NCBI RefSeq assembly: GCF_006345805.1
Contig: NC_043021.1
Coordinates: forward strand, 13,454,001-13,518,000
DNA from: Octopus sinensis
Lineage: Eukaryota
Direction: 5' to 3'
DNA: 64,000 bases
Below the pieces are notes generated by a model. It did not search any database. It saw only the letters and a list, made by a program, of their open reading frames with translations, and had not been told where the DNA came from. How positions within the stretch are numbered: the stretch's first letter is position 1; each line of letters begins with the position of its first letter. A program made the position numbers and the translations under genes. This document shows positions 24,056 to 35,200 of the stretch, piece by piece.

Positions 24056-24789
24056 GAGAGAGACAGAGGAAATGATAAAGAGAAACTAGTAAAGAGAGAC
24101 ATGTGAATGGTAAAGAGAGAATACATAAAACAGAGAGATAGGGAGAATGCAATAAAAAGACAGGCAGACAGACAGACAGACAGAGACAAAGTGGAAAGCC
24201 CAGGAATATAGAGTGTGAAAGACAAAGAAAGAGAGAGAGAGGGAAGAAGAACAGCAACAGAGAGAGAGAGAGAGAGAGAGAAACTTGAAAGCAGTGATAT
24301 CTATCTATCTACATTATAGATATATATGAGAGAAGAGAGAGAGGGAAGGGGTAAAGAGACAGAGAGAAAAATATAGGGAGTGGTAAAAAGAGAGACAGAA
24401 AGGATGTAAAACAGAGACAGAGGTTGTGCAGAAAGGAGAGAGAGAGAGAGAGGGGCTGAGAAAGAGGACAGTTATTTAGGTGATCTAATTAAAAATGAAG
24501 CCCCCACCTACTTCCCTCCACTCGCGTCCTGTACATCAAATATCAATAAAGTATATGATTTGAAATGTAAAGTAATCTTTTTGGGGGGCTTGTTTTTTTT
24601 CCAAAAACATATAGGTGCAGGCATGGTTGTGTGGTAAGAAGCTTGCTTCCCAACGACATGGTTCCTGGTTCAGTCCTATTGTGTAGCACCTTGGGGGCAA
24701 GTGTCTTCTACTATAGCCTCAGGTCAATCAAAGCCTTGTGAGTAGATTTGGTAGACAGAAACTAAAAGAAACCCATCGTGTATATATAT

Positions 24790-24990
24790 CAGTGCTTTTC
24801 AAACTTTTTGCTGGAGCGGAACCCCAAGGAAACATTCCACTGGCTCAAGGAACCCCTGTGCAATAATTTAATAGTCTTATGCATACATATCTGCACAGGA
24901 GAATTAAAAATTACTGCCGATTTTAGCAGTTTTGTAACTTCTTGCGGAACCCCTGGACTGTACTGGCGGAACCCTGGTCGAAAACCACTG
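24790..24990. mobile_element. hAT (Charlie/Buster-type) MITE inside the (TA)n of a SINE-A
   Basis: CAGTGCTTTTCAAAC...GTCGAAAACCACTG with an 8-bp ATATATAT on each side. Confidence 0.8.
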
Positions 24991-25445
24991 ATATATATAT
25001 ATAGGCCGTTGTCCATGCAACATTGATATCCCTCACTCTGTCTGTAAAATCTTGTATCCCTGCCGTAAGGCTTCATTTCCACACACACCAGCTTAATTTA
25101 ATTCGTCCTTAGTCGAAAGACACCTGTTGCTATGTCCTGTTATTATTTTTATTGTATTTGTGTAACATTGTCCGTTTTTTTCCATCCTTGTTTTTGTATA
25201 CATTCACTGCTTTCTTCCAAAGAATCTAATGCTCTTAGCTTAGTTTTTCCTTGGGGCTGGCCAGATTGGAGCAATCTCGAGTATAACCAGCCGAAATTGC
25301 AAAGATAATCTGGAACTCGACTGAGGAAAGAAAACTCCGAATGACCCGTCCTTGTTTTCTTTGTATCGTCTATCTGGATGTTTTGTTGTCCCCTTTTTTT
25401 GTATCACCTAACTATCTGGATGTTTTGCATTCTTGTCCCATTTTG

Positions 25446-25484
<39 letters not shown>

Positions 25485-25642
25485 TATATACATACATGTG
25501 TGTGTTTGTCTGTCCCACCATCACTGCTTCACAACCGGTGTTGGTGTATTTACATCCCTGTAACTTAGCAGTTCAGCAAAAGAGATTGATAGAATAAGTA
25601 CTTATTTTCCTTGTCATCATAGAATAAGTACTTATTTTCCTT

Positions 25643-25772
25643 TGGCGTTAGGAAGGGCATCCAGCTGTAGAAACATTGCCAGATAAGACTGGAGCCTGGT
25701 GCAGCCTTCTGGCTTCCCAGATCCCCGGTCGAACCGTCCAACCCATGCTAGCATGGAGAACGGACGTTAAAC

Positions 25773-25810
<38 letters not shown>
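25643..25810 (+). mobile_element. RTE 3' UTR fragment with (GAT)n tail
   Basis: Nearly identical to 16805-16950. Confidence 0.85.
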
Positions 25811-25811
<1 letters not shown>

Positions 25812-26907
25812 CAAGTATGGAGGATCTTTTGTTGAGCTTTCACTTTCCGATTCCTTTTTGCTTCATACTAAATTGAAAAATTTTCACTTAATTTTAAAAT
25901 TTCATAAAGTGGAAGACGAAACAGAAAAGATCCGGGATGTGGCTTTGAAGGGCCGCTCAATATGTTTACTTTTCAAAAGTAAGATAAAATTGTATGGTTA
26001 TGAGATGGGCAGACGCGATAGAAAGAGAGATAGGAAAACAGGAAAAAATAGGAAAAACGTACAGAAGACAAGGAGAGAAACCGGGAAACAGGGATAGTTA
26101 TCTATGTATATGGAGAGGGGTTGAGGTAAGAATCAGAGAGAAGGCACAGTGCAGTCTGAACGGCACGCTTAACGGAAAAATTGGCGTGAATTGTAACAGC
26201 ACGGCCCGCCTAATGATGGTCCATATCTCATGCAGCTCGCTTCTCGAAAAATGTTGACCATGCCTGCGTTAGCGAGTGGTAAAGAGATGGATAGAGTGGT
26301 GGAGAGAGAGCTAGGAAGAGTGTAAAAGAGAGAGAGAGCGAGAGAGGCTGCGGATAAAAAGAGAGAGAGATAGAGGCTGCGCAGAAAAGAGAGAGAAAGA
26401 GAAGCTGAGAAAGAGGACAATTATTTAGGTGAACTAATTAAAAACGAAACCCCTCCCCCCGACTCCACTCAAGTCCTGTACATCAAATATCAATAAAATA
26501 TGGTTTGAAATTAAATGCAAGGTAAACTTAATATACATATATACAGACAGACAAACAGATATTCTTTTATAAAAATACAGATGTTCCTAACGTTACATTG
26601 CTTTTTTTCAAGTCACCAAAATAAAAACATAATAATAGCAATAACAAAGAAATAAAATATAAAAACTTATGCATTATTAATCAATTAATTATTCACGTTA
26701 TTGTCGCACGGCACATAGTCTTGTCTTACATTATAAAATATAACATTTTTTTTTAACGCATATAATATATGTATACGTGCGCTTAAAGATATTCCATTCA
26801 AGTTTATATTAACAGACAGTGTAGGTGAGTGTACAGTATGTACGTGACAATAAATCAGAGAAAAAAAGGAAAAGGAGAGAGTGGATCAGTTGTATACATA
26901 TATATAT

Positions 26908-26964
<57 letters not shown>

Positions 26965-26965
<1 letters not shown>

Positions 26966-27226
26966 TTTATTTAAAGTAGCAGAAAATTCAACAAAACCTG
27001 TTACTCTGAGTTTCACATTCCCGTTCGTCGGACAGTTTTTGCTAGAATATTCTAGCAAAACTGTCCGACGAATATTCTAGCAAAACTGTCCGACGAACGG
27101 GAACGTGAAACTCCGAGTAACATGTTTGTTGAATTTTCTGCTGCTTTAAATAAAGCATATTACTCTACCACTGGTATTTGAGTACTCTTTTTTCCACCTT
27201 GTTTCACATTTATGTGTTTACTCCGG
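26965..27226 (+). mobile_element. Palindromic Penelope-like element with hammerhead-like motifs on both arms (copy 1)
   Basis: Arms of about 85 bp centred on GCTAGAAT/ATTCTAGC, a 25-bp internal duplication, and a unique ~70-bp tail ending ACTCCGG(TA)n. Confidence 0.7.
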
Positions 27227-27258
<32 letters not shown>

Positions 27259-27524
27259 ATATATATATAATATATATATATATATATTATATATATATAT
27301 ATATATGTGTGTGTGTAGTTATATACTGAAAGAAATATATGGATACATTTATACTCATGAACACAAAAATATGGGCAGATGGCAGATGTGTGCGAAAACA
27401 ACTGTACGGGGTACATGTAGAAAACAATATGGAATTCAATATAGCGAGAAAGCAGCATATAAAGAACTTTATATTATTGAAATATACCGGGTGTGTGTGT
27501 GCGTGTGTGCGCGAGCTTGTTTAC

Positions 27525-27876
27525 CAACCACATAATTCTGGGTTCAGTCCCACTGCGTGACACCTTGGGTAAGTGTCTTCTACTATAGCCTCGGGCCGAC
27601 CAAAGCCTTGTGAGTGGATTTGGTAGACGGAAACTGAAAGAAGCCCGTCGTGTATATGTATGTGTGTGTTTGTGTGTCTGTGTTTGTCCCCCTAGCATTG
27701 CTTGACAACCGATGCTGGTGTGTTTATGTCCCCGTCACTTAGCGGTTCGGCAAAAGAGACTGATAGAATAAGTACTGGGCTTACAAAGAATAAGTCCCGA
27801 GGTCGAGTTGCTCGATTAAAGGCGGTGCTCCAGCATGGCCGCAGTCAAATGACCGAAACAAGTAAAAGAGTAAAGA
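27525..27876 (+). mobile_element. SINE family A, young copy
   Basis: Close to the family consensus and retains CpGs. Confidence 0.9.
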
Positions 27877-28130
27877 GTATATGAAGTAAGGAAGAAATTA
27901 TAAGGGGTGCATGTATAATACAAGCTACACAAAAAATATGCGGATGCATACTCGGCGATTTACTTGAAGGTTAGTTTATTTAGGGAGTATAGAGGAGTTA
28001 AATATGGAAAGGTGGGGGGGAAAGTCATTGAGCAAACATCTATGTGTGTGTGTGGGTGGGTGTGGGTGTGTGTGTGCGGCAATTTAAAGTGCGTGTGTAG
28101 TTAAATTACTTATATATATATATATATATA

Positions 28131-28394
28131 CCGGAGTAAACACATAAATGTGAAACAAGGTGGAAAAAAGAGTACTCAAATACCAGTGGTAGAGTAATAT
28201 GCTTTATTTAAAGTAGCAGAAAATTCTACAAAACCTGTTACTCTGAGTTTCCCGTTACCGTTCATCGGACAGTTTTTGCTAGAATATTCGTCGGACAGTT
28301 TTGCTAGAATATTCTAGCAAAAACTGTCCGACGAACGGGAACGTGAAACTCAGAGTAACAGGTTTTGTAGAATTTTCTGCTGCTTTAAATAAAG
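28131..28394 (-). mobile_element. Palindromic Penelope-like element (copy 2, inverted)
   Basis: Reverse complement of 26965-27226, including the 25-bp duplication and the tail. Confidence 0.7.
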
Positions 28395-28404
28395 TATATA
28401 TGTA

Positions 28405-28505
<101 letters not shown>

Positions 28506-28619
28506 TACACACACAAATGAGCCTGTGTGTGTGTTTATTGTAGGTTAAATAAATGTTTATTGTTAATACATAAACGTGTGAGTATATGAGAATAAAAGAG
28601 AGACAGGGAGTGAATAAAG

Positions 28620-28667
<48 letters not shown>

Positions 28668-29099
28668 TGTGTATATGTAGTCAGGGAGAAGGGAATACAA
28701 AATGTGATTAAACTACCTGAAACAAGTCTGGTGCCAGACTGCATCGAGTGCATGTTCAATAACAGTTGACGTATTGTCCACGGCAATGGCAAGTGTACAT
28801 CCAGGGCAAAGGGGCAGTTCCCCAGCTGTCGAGAAAACAAAGAGAGAGAAGAATAGAATATTATTATTATAGTACTTTTTTTTGTACAACATAAACGTAA
28901 AGTTTAATCACACGCACACACACACACACACTCATGTGTATAGATAAATAAAGACTGTTTGAAGTGGTGTACAGATTTTATATATTAGGAAAAAGATGTA
29001 ATTTGAATACAAACTATTTAGCGTAATCCCTAAAAGGGGACGAAATCGCAAAATAAATATTTTCTTTTATCGAAATCATGACTATCTCCTTTTTTGTTT

Positions 29100-29131
<32 letters not shown>

Positions 29132-29195
29132 TGTATGTGTGTATGTATGTATGTATGTATGTGTGTATGTATGTATGTATGTGTGTGTGTATGTA

Positions 29196-29226
<31 letters not shown>

Positions 29227-29322
29227 ATGTATGTATGTATGTATGTATGTATGTATGTATGTATGTATGTATGTGTGTGTATGTATGTATCTATGTATCT
29301 ATGTGTGTATGTATATGTGTGT

Positions 29323-29628
29323 GGAGGCGCAATGGACCAGTGGTTAGGGCAGCGGACTCGCGGTCGTAGGATCGTGGTTTCGATTCCCAGACCAGGCGTT
29401 GTGTATGTTTATTGAGCGAAAACAACTGAAGCTTAACGAGGCTCCGGCAGGGGGTGGTGATCCCTCCTGTACTCTTTCACCACAACTTTCTCTAACTCTT
29501 TCTTCTGTTGGCCGGCTCGTTTAGCCAGCAGTGTGGCGTCATTTGAAGGTTAAAACAATGCGAAGCGCATTGTGACCAGCGATGTGTAGCAACATCTGAT
29601 GCCCTGGTCGGTCACGGTAATCACGGTG
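29323..29628 (+). mobile_element. tRNA-headed SINE family D
   Basis: GGAGGCGCAATGGACCAGTGGTTAGGGCAGCGGACTC...GGTTTCGATTCCC head; other copies at 52425-52586 (-) and 61791-61985 (+). Confidence 0.85.
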
Positions 29629-29648
29629 ATATATATATATATATATAT

Positions 29649-30027
29649 TCTTTTATTTGTTTCAGTCATTTGACTGCGGCCATGCTGGAGCACCGCCTTT
29701 AGTCGAACAAATCGACCCCCAGGACTTGTTCTTTGAAGCCAAGTACTTATTCTATCGGTCTGTTTTTCCGAACCGCTAATTTACGGGAACGTAAACACAC
29801 CAGCATCGGTTGTCAAGCGATGGTAGGGGGACAAACACACAAACATACATATATATAAGAATCTACAACGGGCGTCTTTCAGTTTCCGTCTACCAAATCC
29901 ACTCACAAGGCTTTGGTCGGCCTGAGGCTATAGTGGAAGACATTTGCCCAAGGTGCCACGCAGTGGGACTGAACCCGGAGCCATGTGGTTGGTAAGCAAG
30001 CTACTTACCACACAGCCACTCCTACGC
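29649..30027 (-). mobile_element. SINE family A, full length and young
   Basis: Complete reverse copy. Confidence 0.9.
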
Positions 30028-30470
30028 CTATAAGCTTAAAAAACTGTTTTTATAGCTTACGGTTAGCAGTAGGGGTTGCTGTGTAAGCGAACAGAAATCC
30101 AAAATTAGAGAATGGGGTAAATAAAGTCCAGGCAACAAATGTTTCATAACTAGCAGAACCTTGGAAGTAGTAATTACCCAAACAAGGGGCAATGCGCTAG
30201 ATACTCATCGGGCCAAAGGTACCCTCATCAAAAAGAAGTTTTAGGCTCTGCTAGTTATGAAATACATGTAGCCTGGAATTTATCGACTCCACTCCCTAAT
30301 TTTGCCTTTCGGTTATAAATTGCGAAAATCCACCTTAATTTGTAATTCTCACTTCACCATTTTCAGAATCAGTCAATATTTCCTATGGTGTTCTCTATAA
30401 GACTGACAAGGTGAGTTAACTTTTTAAACCTCGGCGACAGGGTAATGGGTCACCGAGGAAGATTAATCTA

Positions 30471-30694
30471 TTTCTTTACTACCCACAAGGGGCTAAACAC
30501 AGAGAGGACAAACAAGGACAGACAAACGGATTAAGTCGATTATATCGACCCCAGTGCGTAACTGGTACTTATTTAATCGACCCCGAAAGGATGAAAGGCA
30601 AAGTCGACCTCGGCGGAATTTGAACTCAGAACGTAACGGCAGACGAAATACGGCTACGCATTTCGCCCGGCGTGCTAACGTTTCTGCCAGCTCG
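30471..30694 (-). mobile_element. Young SINE-C with 11-bp TSD
   Basis: AGATTAATCTA at 30460-30470 and 30695-30705. Confidence 0.9.
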
Positions 30695-30899
30695 AGATTA
30701 ATCTAATCTGAAATCAGTACTCCATCTCGCTTACTCTAGGGAGCTTGTCTCCCGTGTCAGTCGTTAGTAAAGTGCTCTCACGTGGCTAAGAGTTGTTTTG
30801 ACTCTTATTGCTAGCAATGCTGTTGCTTACTAGCACCCTTCCGTCACTTTAGTGACGGCTATACTTGTTGCCTTTCGGTTGTAAATTGCAACATTCGCT

Positions 30900-30939
30900 A
30901 ATTCCTGAAGAGAGGGTCATAACCCTGAAATATTGAATT
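30900..30939 (+). ncRNA. Minimal type I hammerhead ribozyme motif, canonical core
   Basis: AATTC-CTGAAGA-G-AGGGT[CATA]ACCCT-GAAA-TA-T-T-GAATT. Stems I and II are perfect 5 bp, stem III is the palindrome ATAT, and cleavage is predicted after 30934. Confidence 0.75.
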
Positions 30940-33900
30940 CAGGGTAGGTCACCATTAATTCATATGCCTGTTTTCCTGTGATCTACCTTGGATTTATTTC
31001 GCACTGTCCCGGCCTTACCCACAAATTTTATATAATATATATATAAATATATATGGATAATTTAGAAAGACTTTTTCCCCGGGAAAAGGGTATTTCTCGT
31101 AAAGTGTAAAATTTCCCTTCACAAAACATATCAGCTTCTATACCAACACATAGAATATAGCAACACACACACATATGAAATTCCATTGCTTAATGTCGAA
31201 CAAATGACAAAAGAGCATTCAATAAGTGTAGAGGATATGGGGGTTTAGTTGGGTTTTTTTTTATTAAAACTGAAGAAGAGTTTATCACTGCGATCTTCGG
31301 GCATGAAACTAGAGTCGCAAGGCAAACTCCCAGCTTCAGTTTTAATAAAATGCGTGCGCGCATGTGTACAACGGTATGATCTCGCTAGCCATTAACGCAT
31401 TGACCTCACAGGTCTGTGATTGTAACTTGCGAAAATCATAGGACACTGCCGCTCCCTCTACAACACAAGCTTGTAATAATGGTTTCAACTTTTCGTACAG
31501 GGCCAGCAGTTTTTGAAGGGGGGAGTCGATTGCGTCGATTCCAGTACTTAACTGGTACTTATTTTATCGACCCTGAAAGGATGAAAAGCAAAGTAGACTT
31601 CGGCGGAATTTGAACTCAGAACGTTAAGACGGAGGAAATGTCGTTAAGCATTTTGCTCGCCATGCTAAACAAACTCGTAATAATAAATATTTATGATTTT
31701 AAGCATAAGGGTAACAATTCTGAGAAGAACGAGGTCGGACGATTAAATCGACTCCAGTACTTCTCTGATACTTTATTTTATCGACGCTGCAGGAGTGAAG
31801 GGCAAAGTTAACCAATGAGGGATTTGTATTCAAAACTCAGAAAGAATATCACTCAGATACTATGTATGACAATACGTAGTTTTATTTCTGGAATTTTTTT
31901 TCTTTTGTCAATGAGTAAAGAGACGGTTTCTGACCCAGGTCCAAGACTCCTTCATTTGAATTTCAACATCATCAGGGAAGTTGTGCATGCATGTGTGTAT
32001 ATGCGCAAGAATTTGAAGTCAATGCATATGCATGTACGAACGCACGTACGGGTGTGTACGAGAGAAAGAGAGAGAGAGAGAGAGAGTAAGAGAGAAAAAC
32101 ATAAGCAAGACCTGACAAAGAGCGGATGAACCCAGTAGAGTTAACGGCTATCCAAAAGCAGGTAATGACAGACTCCCAGTCTTTGTTTAAACATCTCTCC
32201 GGAGGAAAAGAATTCAGAAATAACACCCCAACCACCTCATTTGCAAAGCCGGAGATCTTGTTCTTGCTTGTTTTCAGACTACTTGGTTTTTGTTGGTGAG
32301 AGTCTTGGCGGCATTGTACAAGCTGCGGCTCTTATTCGGTCGTTGAATCATTATGGAAAATTTGTACATAAATTTGTATGGTGCGTTTTAACCCCAAGTC
32401 AAACCAGACTGCTCAAACATATAATCAAAGTCGTTCCAACTGTAACCATTCCGTCTCGTATTCAGACATCGTGTATCTATCTAGAACGGCCTTACCCAGT
32501 GTGACCTTCCTTTCATTTAAAAACAGCAACGTGATTACAGTGCCAAACGACTGCGTAGAAGTTTCCTTGTTTATGAGAGAGATGTTATCAATTTCAGTAT
32601 TACTTAAAGCTTCTTAAATTCTAAGACGGAACCTAAACACATCAAACTAATTATTGTATTCATTGCATTTAGAGACTACACTTCCAGCTACAATTACCAC
32701 AGGAGGTTAAGAGAACTTGTACATAGTTGCATGACCGGATAAAGATAGCATCTAAACCTCTCAAATAACACACTACTATCTTTAAAATAGAAGGACGCAT
32801 TGTATAAGGTAGTCCTATTGTATGGCTACGCATTGTATAAGTACGTCTTAGAAACAGGTTTATTTGCTGGATCAGAATTGCCCAGGAACAAAGCAACAGT
32901 TTTGGGTATCTTGATTTGTATGAATGGTGTCATGAATAAATAACAGGTAAAGATTTCAGTCAAGGTACCCTAGCATTTTGGGTGTATCTTCAGCGAAGTC
33001 CACTCTCTTGCAAGCATTCAAGCCAGACTCCTTGTTTGAGGATACCTTCTTCCTACCCACCTGTCTCAGAGGTCCTGTAGTGTATCATAGACACTGCCTT
33101 TCAGCCTGACAAAAAAGATTAATTTTAAAAATGTATTTGAACCCCGACCCCCCGCACATTAAGCTTATTTACTTGCGTCATATTGCATTGTATTGAATCA
33201 TATCAAATCCCGCCAATATCAACTTCACTTTTTAATCTTATGAGACCGAAAAAAAGAGACAGACCAGCAATATACCTACAGCAAAACACGACTACGAGCT
33301 TAATCAAGCATTGTTATCATTAACCGTAGCTCTAGGTGTGTCATTAATCACCTGATGAACAAAATTTCATAACCACAGTTCAGTTCCTTACTTAGGCTAC
33401 CATTTCGTTTCACTCTCGTAACCAATGTTTGGATGGTGGAGTAGCAGACAAGGAAACCTCGTCGTATTTACCCAATTTCTAAGATCTGCCAGCCAAATTT
33501 TCTTAAAAACACACCCTACCGTTTTACATGAGGAAGAAAACATTAGTCTTTGATACGGTCTGTTTAATTAGGGCTTCCCTGATCGAGTAGGCAACCTTAA
33601 AGTGGGGAAATAGTGTCTCAATTTTAACCATTTACACCAACATGCATTTATCAGAGTTAAAGGAAATATGAAAACTATTAAGAAAAAGATTTTTTTTTAA
33701 TACGCAGATGCTTCTACATGGCCGTTCGTCCTGGAAATAGCAGTCAAATTTTGCTCAAATAACACTTCCTTGAGAGGCAAGCATTCATGGGGGAATGCAG
33801 CCTGCGGGACTTTCTCAATGGCACACTTTGAATTTATTTAAACCATGCCTCAGGCGGCCCGCTTCTCGAAAAAGTCGTCCGTGGTGTGGTCTTCGAAACC

Positions 33901-34862
33901 ATTATACTTGAGCAGAAAGAAAACGGACGACCTTTTGACCGGGAGCCAGCTGGTTCAGAGTCGACTTGTATTTTCAGAGTTGATGTAAAAGTGTTTGTGG
34001 GTAACTTAAACACTTTGTGGAAGGAAACGGGCTTCAACTTCCAAATCCTGCTATGTTTTGTTTCTTTCCTTCAGTTCTTCAATCCACTCGGGATCGATTA
34101 AAAAGGCAAAAACGAAGTATTTCAAAATATCACTATTTGGTTTTACTTCATTATTACAACAGAAAATTTCATTGAAAAATAAGTTACGAGGAAACAAAGC
34201 CAACTCGCATGAGTTTTCCGAAACTCCACTTCCGGCCCACAGAATTTTTTTTTTTTTTTCAAAACAAATTCCGATATAATTGGAATCTACACCGCCTGGA
34301 GCGTATTTATTGAAAATTTCATTAAAAAATATCCATTTTTCTGAAAGTTACGAGAAATCAAAGTCGGCGGAGAGGCACATGTGTACGAAAGCCTTATAAC
34401 TGTTTGTGTGTGTTCACGCGCGCGCGTTTATGTGTCTCCAGCGCTTGACAAAATGTTTTAGTGTGTTTACGTCCCCTTAACTTAGTGGTTCGACAAAAAT
34501 GACTGACGGCATAAGTACAACGCTTACAAAATATATTTGCGTCGATTTGACTCCAAGGCCGCAATCTAATGATTAAAACCATAAACCCCTGTAAACTGGT
34601 GAGAGGAAATTCATCCTCGGGCAGATCTCACCAAAATACTTTCGACAGAGAAGAGACCGCAAAACATATCCATGAGCTGATAATATTATCAATGGATTAA
34701 TGTCTACATCACACTGTCACCCCAATAGGGTCTGTTGTTCTGACGGACAGTTTCCATCTACCAAATTTCTCTGACAAAGGTTCTATTGATTCGAGTCTTA
34801 TTGTTGAAGACCCTTGAAAAAAGTGCCACGCAATGGGATTGAACGCGTAGTTGTTAAGCTAG

Positions 34863-35200
34863 GAATCTTTTCGGTTTGAACGGCAGTTTTTTCTAGCGGT
34901 GTCATATGAAATTGTCACCCATAATTATGACCCTAGTATCGATCTATTGCATTTCAATCTGTTTTAGGGTTAGGGTTAGTAAGGGTTAGTTTTTTTTTGC
35001 CTCAATGGACGTCAGTGATTGGTTGAAATTGCAGAAATTGAAGAAAAAAACAACAAATATCTTAGAAACTATAGAATTTTCTCAATAAAGCAAAGAGAAA
35101 AAGATGTTTTATAAACACATTCTACCAGTATACGAAGTTAAAAATTTTTTTAGTTACCTAGAAATTATGTTAAAAACTGCCGTTCAAACAGAAAAGATCC
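34863..35200. mobile_element. Mutator-like MITE with internal TTAGGG repeats
   Basis: 29-bp TIRs GAATCTTTTCGGTTTGAACGGCAGTTTTT; 9-bp TSD TTAAGCTAG/TAAAGCTAG (8/9). Confidence 0.75.

Noticed and set aside
31270-31318. CTGAAGA...GAAACTAGAGTC as a hammerhead
   Set aside because: Stem I cannot form (AAAA versus GCAA) and stem II is poor; the long hairpin explains the region better.
33830-34380. DNA transposon with subterminal AAGTTACGAG motifs
   Set aside because: No matching pair of termini or TSD could be identified.
34964-34989. Chromosome end or fusion site
   Set aside because: Only 3-4 imperfect TTAGGG units, and they lie inside a TIR element.
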